A stretch of DNA of 64,000 nt from Gonapodya sp. JEL0774. Its lineage: Eukaryota. The position numbers and the translations under genes are program-made. Below are positions 1 to 11,893 of the stretch, piece after piece. Location: assembly GCA_027604505.1 (NCBI GenBank), contig JADIIX010000051.1, positions 62,001 through 126,000 on the forward strand, in the 5' to 3' direction. The notes under the pieces were generated by a model. It was not told where the DNA came from and did not search any database. It saw only the letters and a program-made list of their open reading frames with translations. Each line of letters starts with the position of its first letter. The stretch's first letter is position 1.

Positions 1-15
1 ACCAGCCCCCCCCCC

Positions 16-25
16 NNNNNNNNNN
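16..25. other. Assembly gap (10 N) after a poly-C run
   Basis: A run of N follows a C homopolymer in the sequence. Confidence 0.95.
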
Positions 26-131
26 ATTGTGTTAACGGGTATAGATGCCGTCCATGTGCTAATTGGTCAATTCCTTGCAACAGTACGACCATCAACAGCC
101 ACAGGTCGTCACCGAGTCTACCATGCTTCCG

Positions 132-1463
132 CTACATCAACAATACAAACAACAAAACGAACACCATTACTACTAGAAAAACTTGAACCATCAACATCCT
201 ATTCCCCCTCAAGTTGGCATAATATCTCGCCAGCTCTGACCCCGCCCGTTCCACATTCATTTCTGTCAATGCGACATCCTCGTCAATCCTACGAACTTGG
301 TCCCTTTGACCCGCCAGCACTGTAACAAACTGAGAGTAGAGCTGCCCGAGCTCTGCGATCGTTGACTCGATAGAGTCAATTGCCTGGCTCCGTGAGTTGA
401 GGTAGGCGGCGTTGGCGGGGTTCATGAGTTGTTGTTGTTGGGATAAAAGTGGAGCGGTGTCTTGATTGGTGCCGAAGTCGATGACGTGGTCTTCTGAGAT
501 GCGGGGAGTGGAGCCGTTGGAGTAACTGGACCCAGGTAAGGGGGAACCGCGGGAGCTAGGCCGATGAAGAAGGCCAGATTCTCCAAGGGGAGAAGCACGG
601 TAAAGAGGGTTGTTTGAAGAAGGAGGGTAGGCCGTGCCGGCGAACGCCGTGGCAGAAGGTAATGCGGGGTTCATTCCGGCGGGTACCGGCGATGTTCCAC
701 CACCTGGGTCAACACCAGTGCCCACGAATCCGTACTGATCCCTGCGGCTTTTTTGCTCCCGCAGATTGCGGGTCCGTACTTCGAGAACGTCCTTAAAGTC
801 TGATGATGTGGAGGCGAGACGGGATTGGAGAGAGAAGAGCACAGATGATGCGTGATCGGCGGCTTGCCGATTTGCGGCGAGAGGAACCGTAGAGAATTGT
901 GATGTATTATTGCGAGAGGAGGAGGAAGATGGCGTGCGGCGCTTTGCTTCGTTCAAAGATGACTGCAGAGCTGTTATCCGTGAGGAGACTCTAGCAATGT
1001 CCTGCTTGATGAGGAACACAAGCTGATTTATTTCTTCGGGCCGGTCATCAAAGAGAGACTGCCGCTTTGCGAGTTTCGCGAGGCGTCCGAGTTTCTCCAC
1101 CGTCAGTGTGATATCGCGTCCCACCGCTGCAGCTTCGCGGTTAAATGCGGTGTGTGTGGAGAGAGACCCATTAGGGGGTGAGGCCTGGAAATTTGATGAT
1201 GGGGAAGTCGGCCGAGACTGGTGGATCAGAGACTGTGTCTCAATGGGTCCGTTGAAGGAGCGAGAAGCGATTGACTGGACTGCAGTGAAAAACTCATTTG
1301 AGCGATCTTTGAAGGGATGATATGTTGGGCGTGGAGGAGGATTCAATACGTCTGAATGCGATTGAGGGGACGAAGAAGATGTTGCGGCGGAAAATGGGGC
1401 GGTGAATGGGGAGTTGGCGCGCGCAGGTGTAGATGCCCGGAGGGGAGCAGGCGACCCACGCAT
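132..1463 (-). CDS. SED5: Syntaxin-5/Sed5 Golgi Qa-SNARE (intronless)
   Basis: N-terminal KDRSNEF Sly1-binding motif, Habc region (LAKLAKRQSLFDDRPEEINQL), SNARE motif (IESTIAELGQLYSQF) and a C-terminal TM anchor. First ATG in the long ORF is at 1463. Confidence 0.93.
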   Translation of the reverse strand: MRGSPAPLRASTPARANSPFTAPFSAATSSSSPQSHSDVLNPPPRPTYHPFKDRSNEFFTAVQSIASRSFNGPIETQSLIHQSRPTSPSSNFQASPPNGSLSTHTAFNREAAAVGRDITLTVEKLGRLAKLAKRQSLFDDRPEEINQLVFLIKQDIARVSSRITALQSSLNEAKRRTPSSSSSRNNTSQFSTVPLAANRQAADHASSVLFSLQSRLASTSSDFKDVLEVRTRNLREQKSRRDQYGFVGTGVDPGGGTSPVPAGMNPALPSATAFAGTAYPPSSNNPLYRASPLGESGLLHRPSSRGSPLPGSSYSNGSTPRISEDHVIDFGTNQDTAPLLSQQQQLMNPANAAYLNSRSQAIDSIESTIAELGQLYSQFVTVLAGQRDQVRRIDEDVALTEMNVERAGSELARYYANLRGNRMLMVQVFLVVMVFVLLFVLLM

Positions 1464-1842
1464 TGAAGGCGAGTACACTGAAACGATACAAGGGCGTGGG
1501 ACAGAGGAGCCACGAAAGGAGCCCAGGCAGACCGGAAAACCACGGGCAAGCGTGAGGAAGGGAAAGGTGGCGTCGCATGGTCGTGGGGAACCGACAAAGG
1601 ATTGTAAGACACCCGAAGGAGATACGACAAGTAAATCGCACTTACTTGCTTCTTGAAAACCGCTCCAAATCACTCCTGTTCCAACTCAATGAATCAGCTA
1701 TTTGTTGTACCTTGATGGGGAGACCAGTAATTCTCATCACAACTAAATTACATATGTAATTCGTCCAAAACACATATCTGCGCTTGTTCTAATAATAACA
1801 ATTACATAGAGAATAAACCCGAAAATTAAGTAGTCTTTCTAT

Positions 1843-4182
1843 TCAAGTGTAGATGCGAATCTTTTAGTGTAAGAGGGAATGTCAGTGCATGAGTCATTCA
1901 TTTCTGCCCCAAATTGGAACTTACCATTCCTGCATTAGGCTTTCGACATAGCGGACAGGATGCATGCTTGACCTTCGAGCATTCCCCGCACAATGCCAAA
2001 TGGCCGCTGGATCGTAGCTAATGGTCAGCTAGGGAATGTCGATTTGAACACGTCAACCCACCAAGCAACAAAAGCCATTGAGCGCGTCGAGCTCATACAA
2101 ACAACACATTCGGAGCTCCCATCTAGAGGCGCTGGGTGCGGAGCAGGAATGTTCGACGCATTCCCACTGGCAGACCCTTGAGCTTGAGCGCGCTCCATCT
2201 GCAAGGAAGCATGTGTCAAGCTTCTCAATGTGGGAGAAGTTCCTGCAGCAAGTAGTTTCTCAGCAGCTGCTGCTATATGTACGGCAGAGAGACCAGTCAA
2301 GTCCTTGACCTGAGTGATGAGTTCGGTCGTGGAGGAGGGTTCCCCAAACCCGGTGCTGGACGATCCACGAGTGGTATCCAAGTTGTCACGTGCCGATCCA
2401 ACACCGACTTGACTTGTCTATGTGCGTCGTGCGGAAGAAAGATTGCTCCACCCGTGAATTTCCGGAAGGCCAGAAACACAGATCGCACAGAACCTCACCT
2501 CGGGATGTCTTCGTTTCAACACAAGCTCAAAGGATCGATGCAAGCGCCCAAACTCACTCAGTTGAAAGCAATCCTCGCACAAGTTGTGATCATGGTCCCC
2601 GCAGGAATGGCACTGCAATGGATATGAAGTTCAGATCAAATGCCGTTTCTCGCCACATGTCCTACTCGCTTTAAGCCACTCCTTCAAATTTTCCTTTCGG
2701 CACTTAGAACATCGGGTGCTGTTTACTGAGATATAATATCCCGGTGCTCTGGGCAGCAAGGTCCGCGCCATTGATGCGAGCTCACGGGAGGGTGGGAACC
2801 AGAGGCCAAAGTGGTGTCCTGGGTGGATGCTGTCATGAAATCGGAAGCAGGAGCCACAGAGATCATAGTCCGGGCAGGATTGGCACTTTTGAAAGGAATT
2901 GTCGAGCCACGCGGTCTCGGCGACACATCGCCTAATCAAAGATACCTTGTATCTATCATCCAGTCCATCACGATCACAATTATCACAAGTTATCCACGTC
3001 CAGAAACTCTTTTGCGAGAGGGCCGGTGGAGGTGGCAGGCGTCGAGGTTGCAGGAGGAGAAATGAGTGCATGGGGTGCACTAAGGCGACGCTTTTGAAGC
3101 ATGCGTTACACAAGTCGTAGTCCGGACACTCCGCGCACTTAGTATTTTCGTGAACAGCAAGTGGTTTGGACGCCAGGCCACATCCAAATTTAAGTCAATC
3201 TGTGGATAATGCACCAAGGGGACATCGGGACATCGAGAAAGTGAACGTACCTTATACCGCTCCGCGATGTTTTGCGCCTGACAGTTATCGCAGGAAATGT
3301 GGTCCCAAACAGCATGGGACCTGTCCTGTACCGCCGGGAGACATCAGAGGTTACAGGGAACAGAGAAGGATTCTCCGAGAAACCCACTTCGTCTCTCAAC
3401 GGCGGATACATCAATCCAAATTGATGCCCTGGATGAATTTGTTCAGAATCTTTGTAGCAGGACTTGCAGAGATCGTAATCGGCACATCCGCGACATTTCA
3501 GGCGCTCGGTGAGCCCAGTCTCGCCACATCCATCGCAAGTGACAGTTGGCCATAGCATCCGAGTTTGAGCTGGAACATTCGCAGTCACCAAGCGGGGATG
3601 CTGACGAACAATCCTCGAGATCAGTGCCAGACATGTTAAGAGTAAATGAGGTTCTCACTTCTGCCCTGGCCATCGTTGCGGGTAAGAACAGTCCGAACCG
3701 ATGTCCTGGATGTCTACTCTCCGCAGTTCTGAAACACGCCTTGCACAGGTCGTAGTCAGGGCACGTTCGGCATCTGTACATTTCCGTGAGACCGGTGGTC
3801 GAACAGCCGTCGCAAAAAATGCGGTTCCAAACTGGCAGCGTGGACTGAACTTGATCTCCAAGTAGTGATGGAAAGACCTGGTGCATAGGTCAGCTTACCC
3901 GGTATATTATACGGAAGCGCTCATTTAAGGTATCCGACTAACTTGGGTAAGTTCCGACGTGGGAGGTAGAAACAACCCAAATTCATGAGTTGGATGAATC
4001 CTCGACACATTCCTGTAACACGGCAAACAGAGATCATAGTCCAGACAGGAGCAGCACTTCAGTCGATGGTTTAGTCCCAAAGCTCCGCAGCCATCACAAG
4101 TGATTTCCGGCCAAACTGGTTGTGCTTGTCTCCCGGAGTTATCTCGGGGCGGTTGGTAGTTTTTCAAGCCACTTCGGGACAT
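1843..4182 (-). CDS. Six tandem ZZ-type zinc fingers plus C-terminal C3HC4 RING (putative E3 ligase); multi-exon
   Basis: Repeats of CxxC...KCxxCxDYDLCxxC...HPxHxF beginning CDGCGAL, CDGCSTT, CDGCGET, CDNCQAQ, CDNCDRD and CSKCRKE. The spliced C-terminus reads ECVVCMSSTRSMAFVA/CGHLALCGECSKVKHASCPLCRKPNAGM/IRIYT*. Confidence 0.85.
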
Positions 4183-4444
4183 GTTCAAGTCACGGGAACG
4201 GGAAATGGGTCTTCTTTTGCTTGTGCCGTGTCTTCCCCCAAAATGTTTAGTCCTGCTGTGTATGAGGGTGTGAGAGCCTCCGCTTGACCAGGCAGTCACA
4301 GCAGGGCATGGTCAACTTACAAACAGTTAATCGATTGACTTAATTCTATATTACATATCATTCGCTTCAATTGCAGAAGGTGCCCTTCTCCAACGTAGAG
4401 GTATCCATCCCAATGGGACGCTGTCTCAAAATAATCTTGCATGA

Positions 4445-5820
4445 TTAATCGTCCTCCGATGCAACTGCATACAATCCCCTCCCCTTGGTAGTAAACAAGT
4501 CGTCCTTGGACGACTTGGCTTCATAGTGTTCCTGAGCTTCCACGACGAAATCGCGGGCGAACTTGTAGCGAAAGAATATGAATGTAAGTTGGGTGATACA
4601 AAACAGGCACCGGATAGTTGGCCGACCAAAACGCACGTCGTCAATCTCGTTGAGGTTAGTGTACTCTCTGTCGCCTAATTTTGTATCGCTTGGGTTGTCG
4701 CCTGGTATGGTGACCACAAAGTTGGTTTATCGTCATTCGCCGAATAACTGAAACGAACACCAGCGATAGAGTACTGACCTTTCTTGACGTACTTTGGATT
4801 CCACCCCTTGTCATCCAAATCGCCAAGGATCTTTCTGACTCTAATTTTATCAAGGAACGAGAGTTGTGTCCATGGGATGTGACCAGGAACGACTTCAGGA
4901 GTGATGCGGCGGTTGTGTTACAAGGCGAGTAGTGATTGCAGTCCTAATATGTGTCACCTTTCACAATCCGCGGCTTCAGCCCGGTCGCCCGCAAAAAAGT
5001 CTTCAATCCCCGATCGGACTCCTGGGTGTAGTTGTTCCCGAGTGGTGTGAGCGAGATGATGAGCAGGGCGAACGGTATCCTTGGAACATTGCAGATGTGA
5101 AGTCAGCCGGAGAGTGACAAAACATCATAGGAGCGATTCTAGCTCACGAATTGATCCGACCCAAGTTCTCTATCAGGAAGTGCGTGACCTTGCTCGAGGC
5201 TCCTTCCGCGGAATAAAATGGTATTGCGAGTGCAAGCGCCTTGTATCGCTTCCAATTGAATCCCGCAGGAAGTGTGCCATTGGCGATGTTGACGAGGTCG
5301 GTAGTCCCGTACTCGGGGTGGCTTAGCTATTTATGTGATGTGACACGTGCTAGTTGGTTGGCGGGAAAGTAACAGCATACCGCCCTCACTTGAAGCCCGT
5401 CCGCCAGGCGTTTAGCAAGACGCTCTGTCTAAGATGGGTTTGTTATAACATCGGGATGGTGTCAGGGAAGCCGGTACCATGCCAATCTCCTGCTTTTGAA
5501 ACTCACCCCACCAGACTTAGATGCGAACAGCAAACCTCTTCGTCAACGGGATCCAGTAAGTGGATGACGAAATATGAATAGGTTTTGCGTGGGGCGTGGG
5601 GCGTGGGTATTCGGGCAAACCAAATTAGACGGATGAAGGGTGCACGAGGGTCAGACCAGCAATGGAAAAATCTCGGCGAGTACGGGAAATGTAAGAGGCA
5701 ATGGAGTAGGTTGCAACGCTTACACTTGCTGTGGGGAGCTGGTGTCCATTTCGACAAATGGGAGTGGAAGCCAGGGCGGGAGACAGGTCTCGAAAGGTTC
5801 TGATTGAGGCTCCATTTCAT
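4445..5820 (-). CDS. HemG-like long-chain flavodoxin-fold protein (protoporphyrinogen oxidase-like); multi-exon
   Basis: Manual splicing gives ...GM/TERLAKRLADGLQVRA/LSHPEYGTTDLVNIANGTLPAGFNWKRYKALALAIPFY...HFLIENLGRIN/RIPFALLIISL...LKTFLRATGLKPRIVK/VVPGHIPWTQLSFLDKIRVRKIL...DTKLGDREYTNLNEIDD/FARDF. This is colinear with recalled E. coli HemG (QTREIASYLA...QWENY...FLMNSQWRP...DTRKEVVYTDWEQVANFARE). The start is uncertain. Confidence 0.72.
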
Positions 5821-6212
5821 TTATCATCATTATGTGTTACTTACATGGATAATGAAGGAAGATTTCGGGACGGAACTCTTACTCCATCTAACAGAAAATG
5901 TACATACACGGTCAATGCAAGAGGGGGGCTTTTTGCCGGCCCCGAGTAACCAGTTTGCGAGTTCCCAGAACTCGACCATCCCAAACTCATAACTATGGCC
6001 ATTTAGAACAAGTAACCTCCCCGAACATACGTAAAATATCCCGCCGTGGAGAGTAGACTCGATAAATCCACAAGAAGGTTGCCCTAGAGTTGATATCGGG
6101 TCCGTTGCGTTGAGGGTGAGCTCGAGGTCTTCGTGAAACTGCACAAACATACCTGAATAATACAATATATCCATACAACGGCGACTCCTATGATGGAATG
6201 TTGGGGCACCGG

Positions 6213-7230
6213 TTATGGTAGAGGGAGGAAAGGGTTGAGACACCATTTTCGCTTGCCATGTTCCAATGACAAGAGGTCCGCTCCGCTTTCAACGCATGTC
6301 ACACTGGCGTAGATATCCTCGCAAGTCGTTCCAAAGCGCGCCACTAACGCCATCCCGCCAGTCCCAAAAACCCGAACACTTGAACCCAACTTGAACCCAA
6401 ATAGTGCATAGCTCATCACACTGCGGAATGCCACTGCCACCCCGCGTTCCTTATATTCGAATGACGAGTTCTAAAAAGCACGCCTGTCCCCCAGTTTGAC
6501 TCCATTTCGCCACTCACTGGATCCCATCAACGCTGCCTCACTTGATCTATCCACCTCCGCGAAATGCACCATCGCACACCCTGTAGATGACGCCAGTCCC
6601 GCTAACACAACTTGCATCCATGTTTCCTCTTTGCGGGCATGTGTGAAGTAGATTAGCGCAACCAAGAACGCATAGACACCTAACGATCGGAATATGGCGG
6701 AGAACATGGTCCATTCGGTCCACAGGTTAAAATTGCTGATGATGATGTGATGGAAGGTGGCTTCAGTTATGGCGAGGGGCACAGCGAAGACGATGGAGGA
6801 GAAGCTGAGGGATTCACGGATCGCATCTTCGGCGGGATCGTAACGAGTTTCGTTGGATTCGTCTCCCCCGTCGTGGCGATGGAGGGGATCATTATCATCA
6901 GAGTCTGTCTCGAGGTGATCTTCTGAGTCCGAATCCGAGCTGGGGCGTGGGTTTGAGGAGGAGGAGGAGGAGGAAGACGATAGTTTCGACAGCTTGACCT
7001 TTGAGAATTTGGCACCATTGAGGACGCCCGTTTGGTCGACAATCTACATGAATGTAGAGTTAGGCACGTTTTCCATAGTGGCCATATACGGTGTCCGCGC
7101 GTGAGAGAATGATGGTCAGTTACAGCATACAGGAAAGTGGGTCCAACTTTGTCGACCAAACCTTTTGCATGGTGTCCTTGTCCATGGTCAAGTCCTCTGA
7201 TGCATTTCTGACTTTCCGGGGTTTCGCCAT
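6213..7230 (-). CDS. Conserved fungal multi-pass membrane protein of unknown function (DUF7719-like)
   Basis: MAKPRK...MDKDTMQK/IVDQTGVL, an acidic/Ser linker, then several hydrophobic helices (IVFAVPLAITEATFHHII, VYAFLVALIYFTH, WMQVVLAGLASSTGCAMVHF). The 3' end is approximate. Confidence 0.5.
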
Positions 7231-7393
7231 GCTCAAATCTTGACTGGGATTCGTGAACTGGGCAGTTGATGGTCCCACTGAAGTTGCACACTCAGTGCAC
7301 AATACCCGGCAATGTTCGAAATGCATTTATGGCGCCCTCGGCGCTTAATACGAACGCTTTTGCATGCTCTCATGAAGCTTCTACAGATTTGGA

Positions 7394-9080
7394 AATCAGC
7401 ATTCGGCAGTCCAACCACCAGCCTGATTCAGCAGGTATGGACGATGTGATTGGAGTTCATCTTGGCTGCCACAAACAAAAAGCAAACGATACCCAGCACA
7501 CAACGTTTTGTTGTCGCTCACCACCAGAGACTCCCTCCTATCCCCAGTAGAGTGCGCCCACTACCCCACCATCTGCCTCCCTTCCCACACGCTCCCTCTC
7601 GCCCTGACTTCGTTCCACCACTCGACTCGCACACCCATTTCCACACCGAGCCACCTTCATACATACTTTGCACACGTGTTCCCAGGCGCCGCACGATGCG
7701 CACTGCCGTACGTGGAACACAGTGACATCCTGAAGAGGGGTCGTGGTACCTGAGAGGAGGCACGGATGACACAGTGGAGACGAAATGGAGCGTAGATGGC
7801 GGAGGTGTGAAGACGTTGAGAGGTGGGGGGAGGGATCGAGGGTGGGTGGAGGGTCGGAGGAATTCGACGATCGGTGGGAGAGGAGTTTCATGGCGTCAGG
7901 GAGGCGCCAGAGAGGGAATGAGAGAACTGGACAGAGAAAACGGAGAGAGTGTGACATTGTTTAACATCGGGACGTGAAACTGCCTGTAAACCTCAACAGG
8001 ACAACTCAATCGCACGTGATGATGCTCAGATCTTCTGAACCAACCCTTCACTTGCCTGGAATCGCACCAATATGCATTGGGCCCAAAGTAGGCAGACAGC
8101 TTCTTCCGCTCAGAACCACCATTATCGTGCCGAGGTTTCCTGTGCGTGGGCGAATGCATGCCTGCAACTCGCTCGCAAGCACGGACTCCTCCCCAGCATT
8201 CGCACATGCATTAACGCAAGTAACTCACCGATTCCTAATTTGAGTCCATGCATGACCCTGTAATGTGCCGACTCAACAACGGGTGTTCCCAAGAGCCCCA
8301 ACTCGAGGATTCCCTTTCCCAACCAGCCCGTCAAGTCCCTTTCAACCACCACGCCTACAGACGCACCCTCAGGTTGTTCGTAACGCACTCGGCAGAAATC
8401 CGCGTACTCGGCGTTGGTGTATGCAACGCCTCGACACGCGTGAAAGTGAAGGGAACGTAGGTTTGGCGCAAGGTGGAGGACGAGGTCTATGGATGTACGG
8501 GTGACGGCTGTGAAGGAGGCATTGAAGGTGCGTGTAAGACGGATTGAAATTGGAATAAGGCGGGGAAAGGTAGAGTTCGGGCGGAGTAGTTGGTGGAGGA
8601 TCGGGTCAGTGAGTTTGCTCAGGTTGAATCGCGGGTGGCGTCTGGTGTTGGTGCTGTTGGGAGTGACGGGGTCGTCCGTTCCACATTGCGGAGCAAGTTC
8701 ACCGTCGTAACTTTGCCCTCCCTCGAACTGAGCCTCATAAAAGTCCACCTTGCTAAACAGCCGTCCATTTTCGAACACCGCGCGTCTCATTGTGGAACAC
8801 GTCGCCGCCAGCCGGAATAAAGATGCCATGGGTACACGGGTGAAGACACATCCAGGGCCGATTAGAAGTTCTGGAGGAAGTGCGAGAAGATGAAGTGGCC
8901 GCGCGTCCGGTGCGGTGATAGATAGATCTTGCGAAAAGAAAAGCGGGGTGGGATTGTAAAGAAGTGATGTTCTGTACCATGTCGTGATGACCCACGGACA
9001 ACTCCATCGTCCCCGTCAGTGTCCGTTGACATAAATACCCCATTTCCATCTCGAGATCCCGCATGTAAGGCCGACGTCAT
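7394..9080 (-). CDS. F-box protein with Cys-rich C-terminal region; multi-exon
   Basis: F-box motif LHLLALPPELLIG...LFRLAATCSTMR lies in frame just upstream of ORF 8122..8829, followed by an LRR-like LAPNLRSLHFHAC. Downstream exons and the stop are poorly resolved. Confidence 0.6.
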
Positions 9081-9200
9081 CGCGTTTGTCCAGCGGGATT
9101 AACGTAAAAGATCGTTCAGTGATCACAGTGACCGATCATAGCAGAATGTAATAATATGTTGTAAGTGAATTCCTGGCCTCCACCTCCCTCCCATTCAAAC

Positions 9201-11421
9201 ATGACTTCTCCGCCACCGCTTCCCAGCCACCAATCGCGTATTTGTATCTCAATTCTACCACAGTTTGAATGTCCGTCGCCATCAGACATCTCAAGTCTTT
9301 CCTACAGCGCGTTCGCTGGAACCGCTTGTACCGAATCCCAACAGCGGAAATGGACGAAATTGGCCTTGGAGGAACTGACAGATACGCGCTCCTTTAGTGT
9401 TCCTTCGTTTGCTTTTCCCATTGAGCTGGTGCAGTCGAGGATCATACGGATCGCTCTGGGTGAAGTCAAGACCCGCAGATTTGTCGGTTGTAAGTGGAAC
9501 ACTCGAAGACGCCCCTACGGTTTACCAAAATGCCTGAGACAACATCTGCTCTCAGTCATTGACGTCGAGGAATATACCCTCGTCCGACAACGCGAGACCT
9601 CTGTAGCTCTTTTGCAACATCTGCCTCCAGAACACACCTCCCTCTTTCCTTCCTTTTCACCTCGTCCTGGAACCCTACTCCTCCGTACCGTGCCATTTGT
9701 TGATTCATCTCAGCCTCGTAGCCTGGTGCGACTCTCCTTGCGCGCAGATGGGCTTCCAAAAATGGATGCATTGGGAACAGCAGACCCGTACTTCAAACTC
9801 TTCCGACGCCTCCCCGACACCACAGATGGTTGGCTCGAAGTCCACAAGAGTGAAGTCGTTAAGAACACCCTCGAACCGACCTGGCAGCCCGTCGAGATCC
9901 CGTTCTCGACTCTCTGCCATGGGTGTGACCCTGATCCTGAAATCAAAATTGAAGTGTGGGACTGGGATATGGGTACTGCTCACGATTTTATCGGATCTGT
10001 GATTGTGAGCTTTCGTGAAATCGAGAAGACCGCGCCATGCAAAGTTCCTGTGAGTCTTCGGATCCCAAGTCAACACCATGTTACCGAGTCTAGACTTCCA
10101 ATCAAATCCAATTCGCAAACACCCTAACATTCTACCGCTCCGCAAACTCATCGGATCGAAAGCTTGTAAATGAAAGAAAGAAGCTGAAGCACGCCGACTA
10201 CACCAACAGTGGCCGTCTAATTTTCGAGACTTTGGAGATGACGGGGAGAGATTCATTCCAATTGTCTGAATTCCTCCAAGATCTCGACATCGCTGTTACT
10301 GTCGCAGTGGACTTTACGAGCTCTAACGGTAATAGAGCTATTGCACCGTCGCGATCGCTCGCATTTGAGGACAGTGCGGTCGTCTGGTTCTCATCCCCAA
10401 CCCTACTCCAGGAAAGCCCAACGAACCCTCCTCCCTCCACTATTTTTCCCCGACCACGCCACCGACGCCCTCATTGTACGAATCCACTCTCCGCCTCCTC
10501 CTTCACTCCACCCCTCTTGAATCCTTCGACCGCACACATCGCATCACCGCCGTTGGCTTTGGCGCTCGATTCAAGGACGGGCACTCGCCAGCAATGTTTC
10601 CGTTGAATGGGAACAACAAGGATTCGCATTGTGAGGGACTAGAAGGGGTTGTCGAGGCATATAGGAAGGTGATGGGCGAGGTGAGTCGAGAAGTGGCAAA
10701 TTGGTGTCGTCATACCATGCACGAGAGACTGATGTCGACATGAAATTGGTGTTTGTGATATGCGCATTTTGTGTCACAAGATTTCCTTCTTTGGACCCAC
10801 GAATCTGGCACCATTGGTCGACCTCGTTGCCGGTTGGGCCAAGAAGAAGGAGGACCGGTTCGAGCGGAAGATATTGGGCAAGTACAGCGTGCTCATCATC
10901 TTGACTGATGGGGAGGTGCGTATCCGCACTACACTCAAGATTGCCGTTGGCTGAACGCAAGCAAATGAATGCACTTAATTTCGTTCTCGCCCTGAGATCA
11001 CGGACCTTAAAGCCACCACAAATGCCCTCGTTCGTGCCTCCCGGTTTCCCATGTCGGTCATCATCGTGGGCATAGGCAAGCGGGACGGGGTGGAGTGGGA
11101 AGAGCTGGAAAAGCTTGATGGGGACCAGATCGTGTTGAAAAATGAGCATGGGGAGATGGCAGCAAGGGATTGCGTGCAATTTGTGAAGAGAAGGTGAGTT
11201 GCAGGGGCGCCTTTGGGGGAGGTGGTTGTTGTGATTTCAGAACATTCTACGAGAAATTGACTACTGGCACTGCTCGTGGGAATGATGGCGGATATTGTTG
11301 TGGCAGTGATTTTGAGAACGAGAATGAAAACTTCAGACGAACAGTTATGGAAGAGTTGCCAGATCAGATCTTGTCCTATTGCAGGCTCAAAGGTCTCAGA
11401 CCTTCAGAGATTCGCTATTGA
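9201..11421 (+). CDS. Copine (C2 domain(s) + vWA domain)
   Basis: C2 domain LRADGLPKMDALGTADPYF...KSEVVKNTLEPTW...IEVWDWD...DFIG. vWA motifs VAVDFTSSNG, FFGPTNLAP, YSVLIILTDGE, PMSVIIVGIG, DCVQFV and EELPDQ. Confidence 0.92.
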
Positions 11422-11893
11422 GATCTATTTTGGTGCTCTACACTTGATGTGTCACTTTTGCGATTGAATTCAATGAAACTCATTCCGTGCCGGGTGGAAC
11501 ACCTGGTGAGAACGATGTTGTCCGGTGAAAGTCGGTGCTGGTGCTGGAGGGTGAGATTTGTTGGGAAAGGCGACGCATGAAGCGAGTAAGGTGAAAGTGA
11601 CTGAGCGCAATTTGCATTACGAAAAAGTGGAATGGCAATACGCCTGAGCAAGATGAGACGGGAATAGTGAACTCTTGAGAACAAGATCTCTCTTTAAGGA
11701 AGAATCTCGAGGCGGAATAGATTACGCTCACGGGTCTCAGAATTGCCAAGATTCGCTATTGAAAACGGCTCTCCTGCACTATACATGTCAAGTTGCTTTT
11801 GCAAATGAAACTCCTTCTGTTGTTGCATCGAGGTTCAGTCCACCCACATCCGTGTCGTTCCGTCCAGCCAGCCTTCAAACGCAATAGCGCATC

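Noticed and set aside
5420..5470. Apparent in-frame TGA and TAG inside the HemG-like gene (possible selenocysteine or recoding)
   Set aside because: Both lie in a GT...TAG intron; the TAG is the splice acceptor before TERLAKRL.
5525..5580. VIHLLDPVDEE resembling an Hsp90 motif
   Set aside because: No other Hsp90 sequence is nearby; it is better explained as the first strand of the flavodoxin fold.
6955..6976. (GGA)n microsatellite
   Set aside because: It encodes a low-complexity poly-Ser linker in the membrane protein gene.
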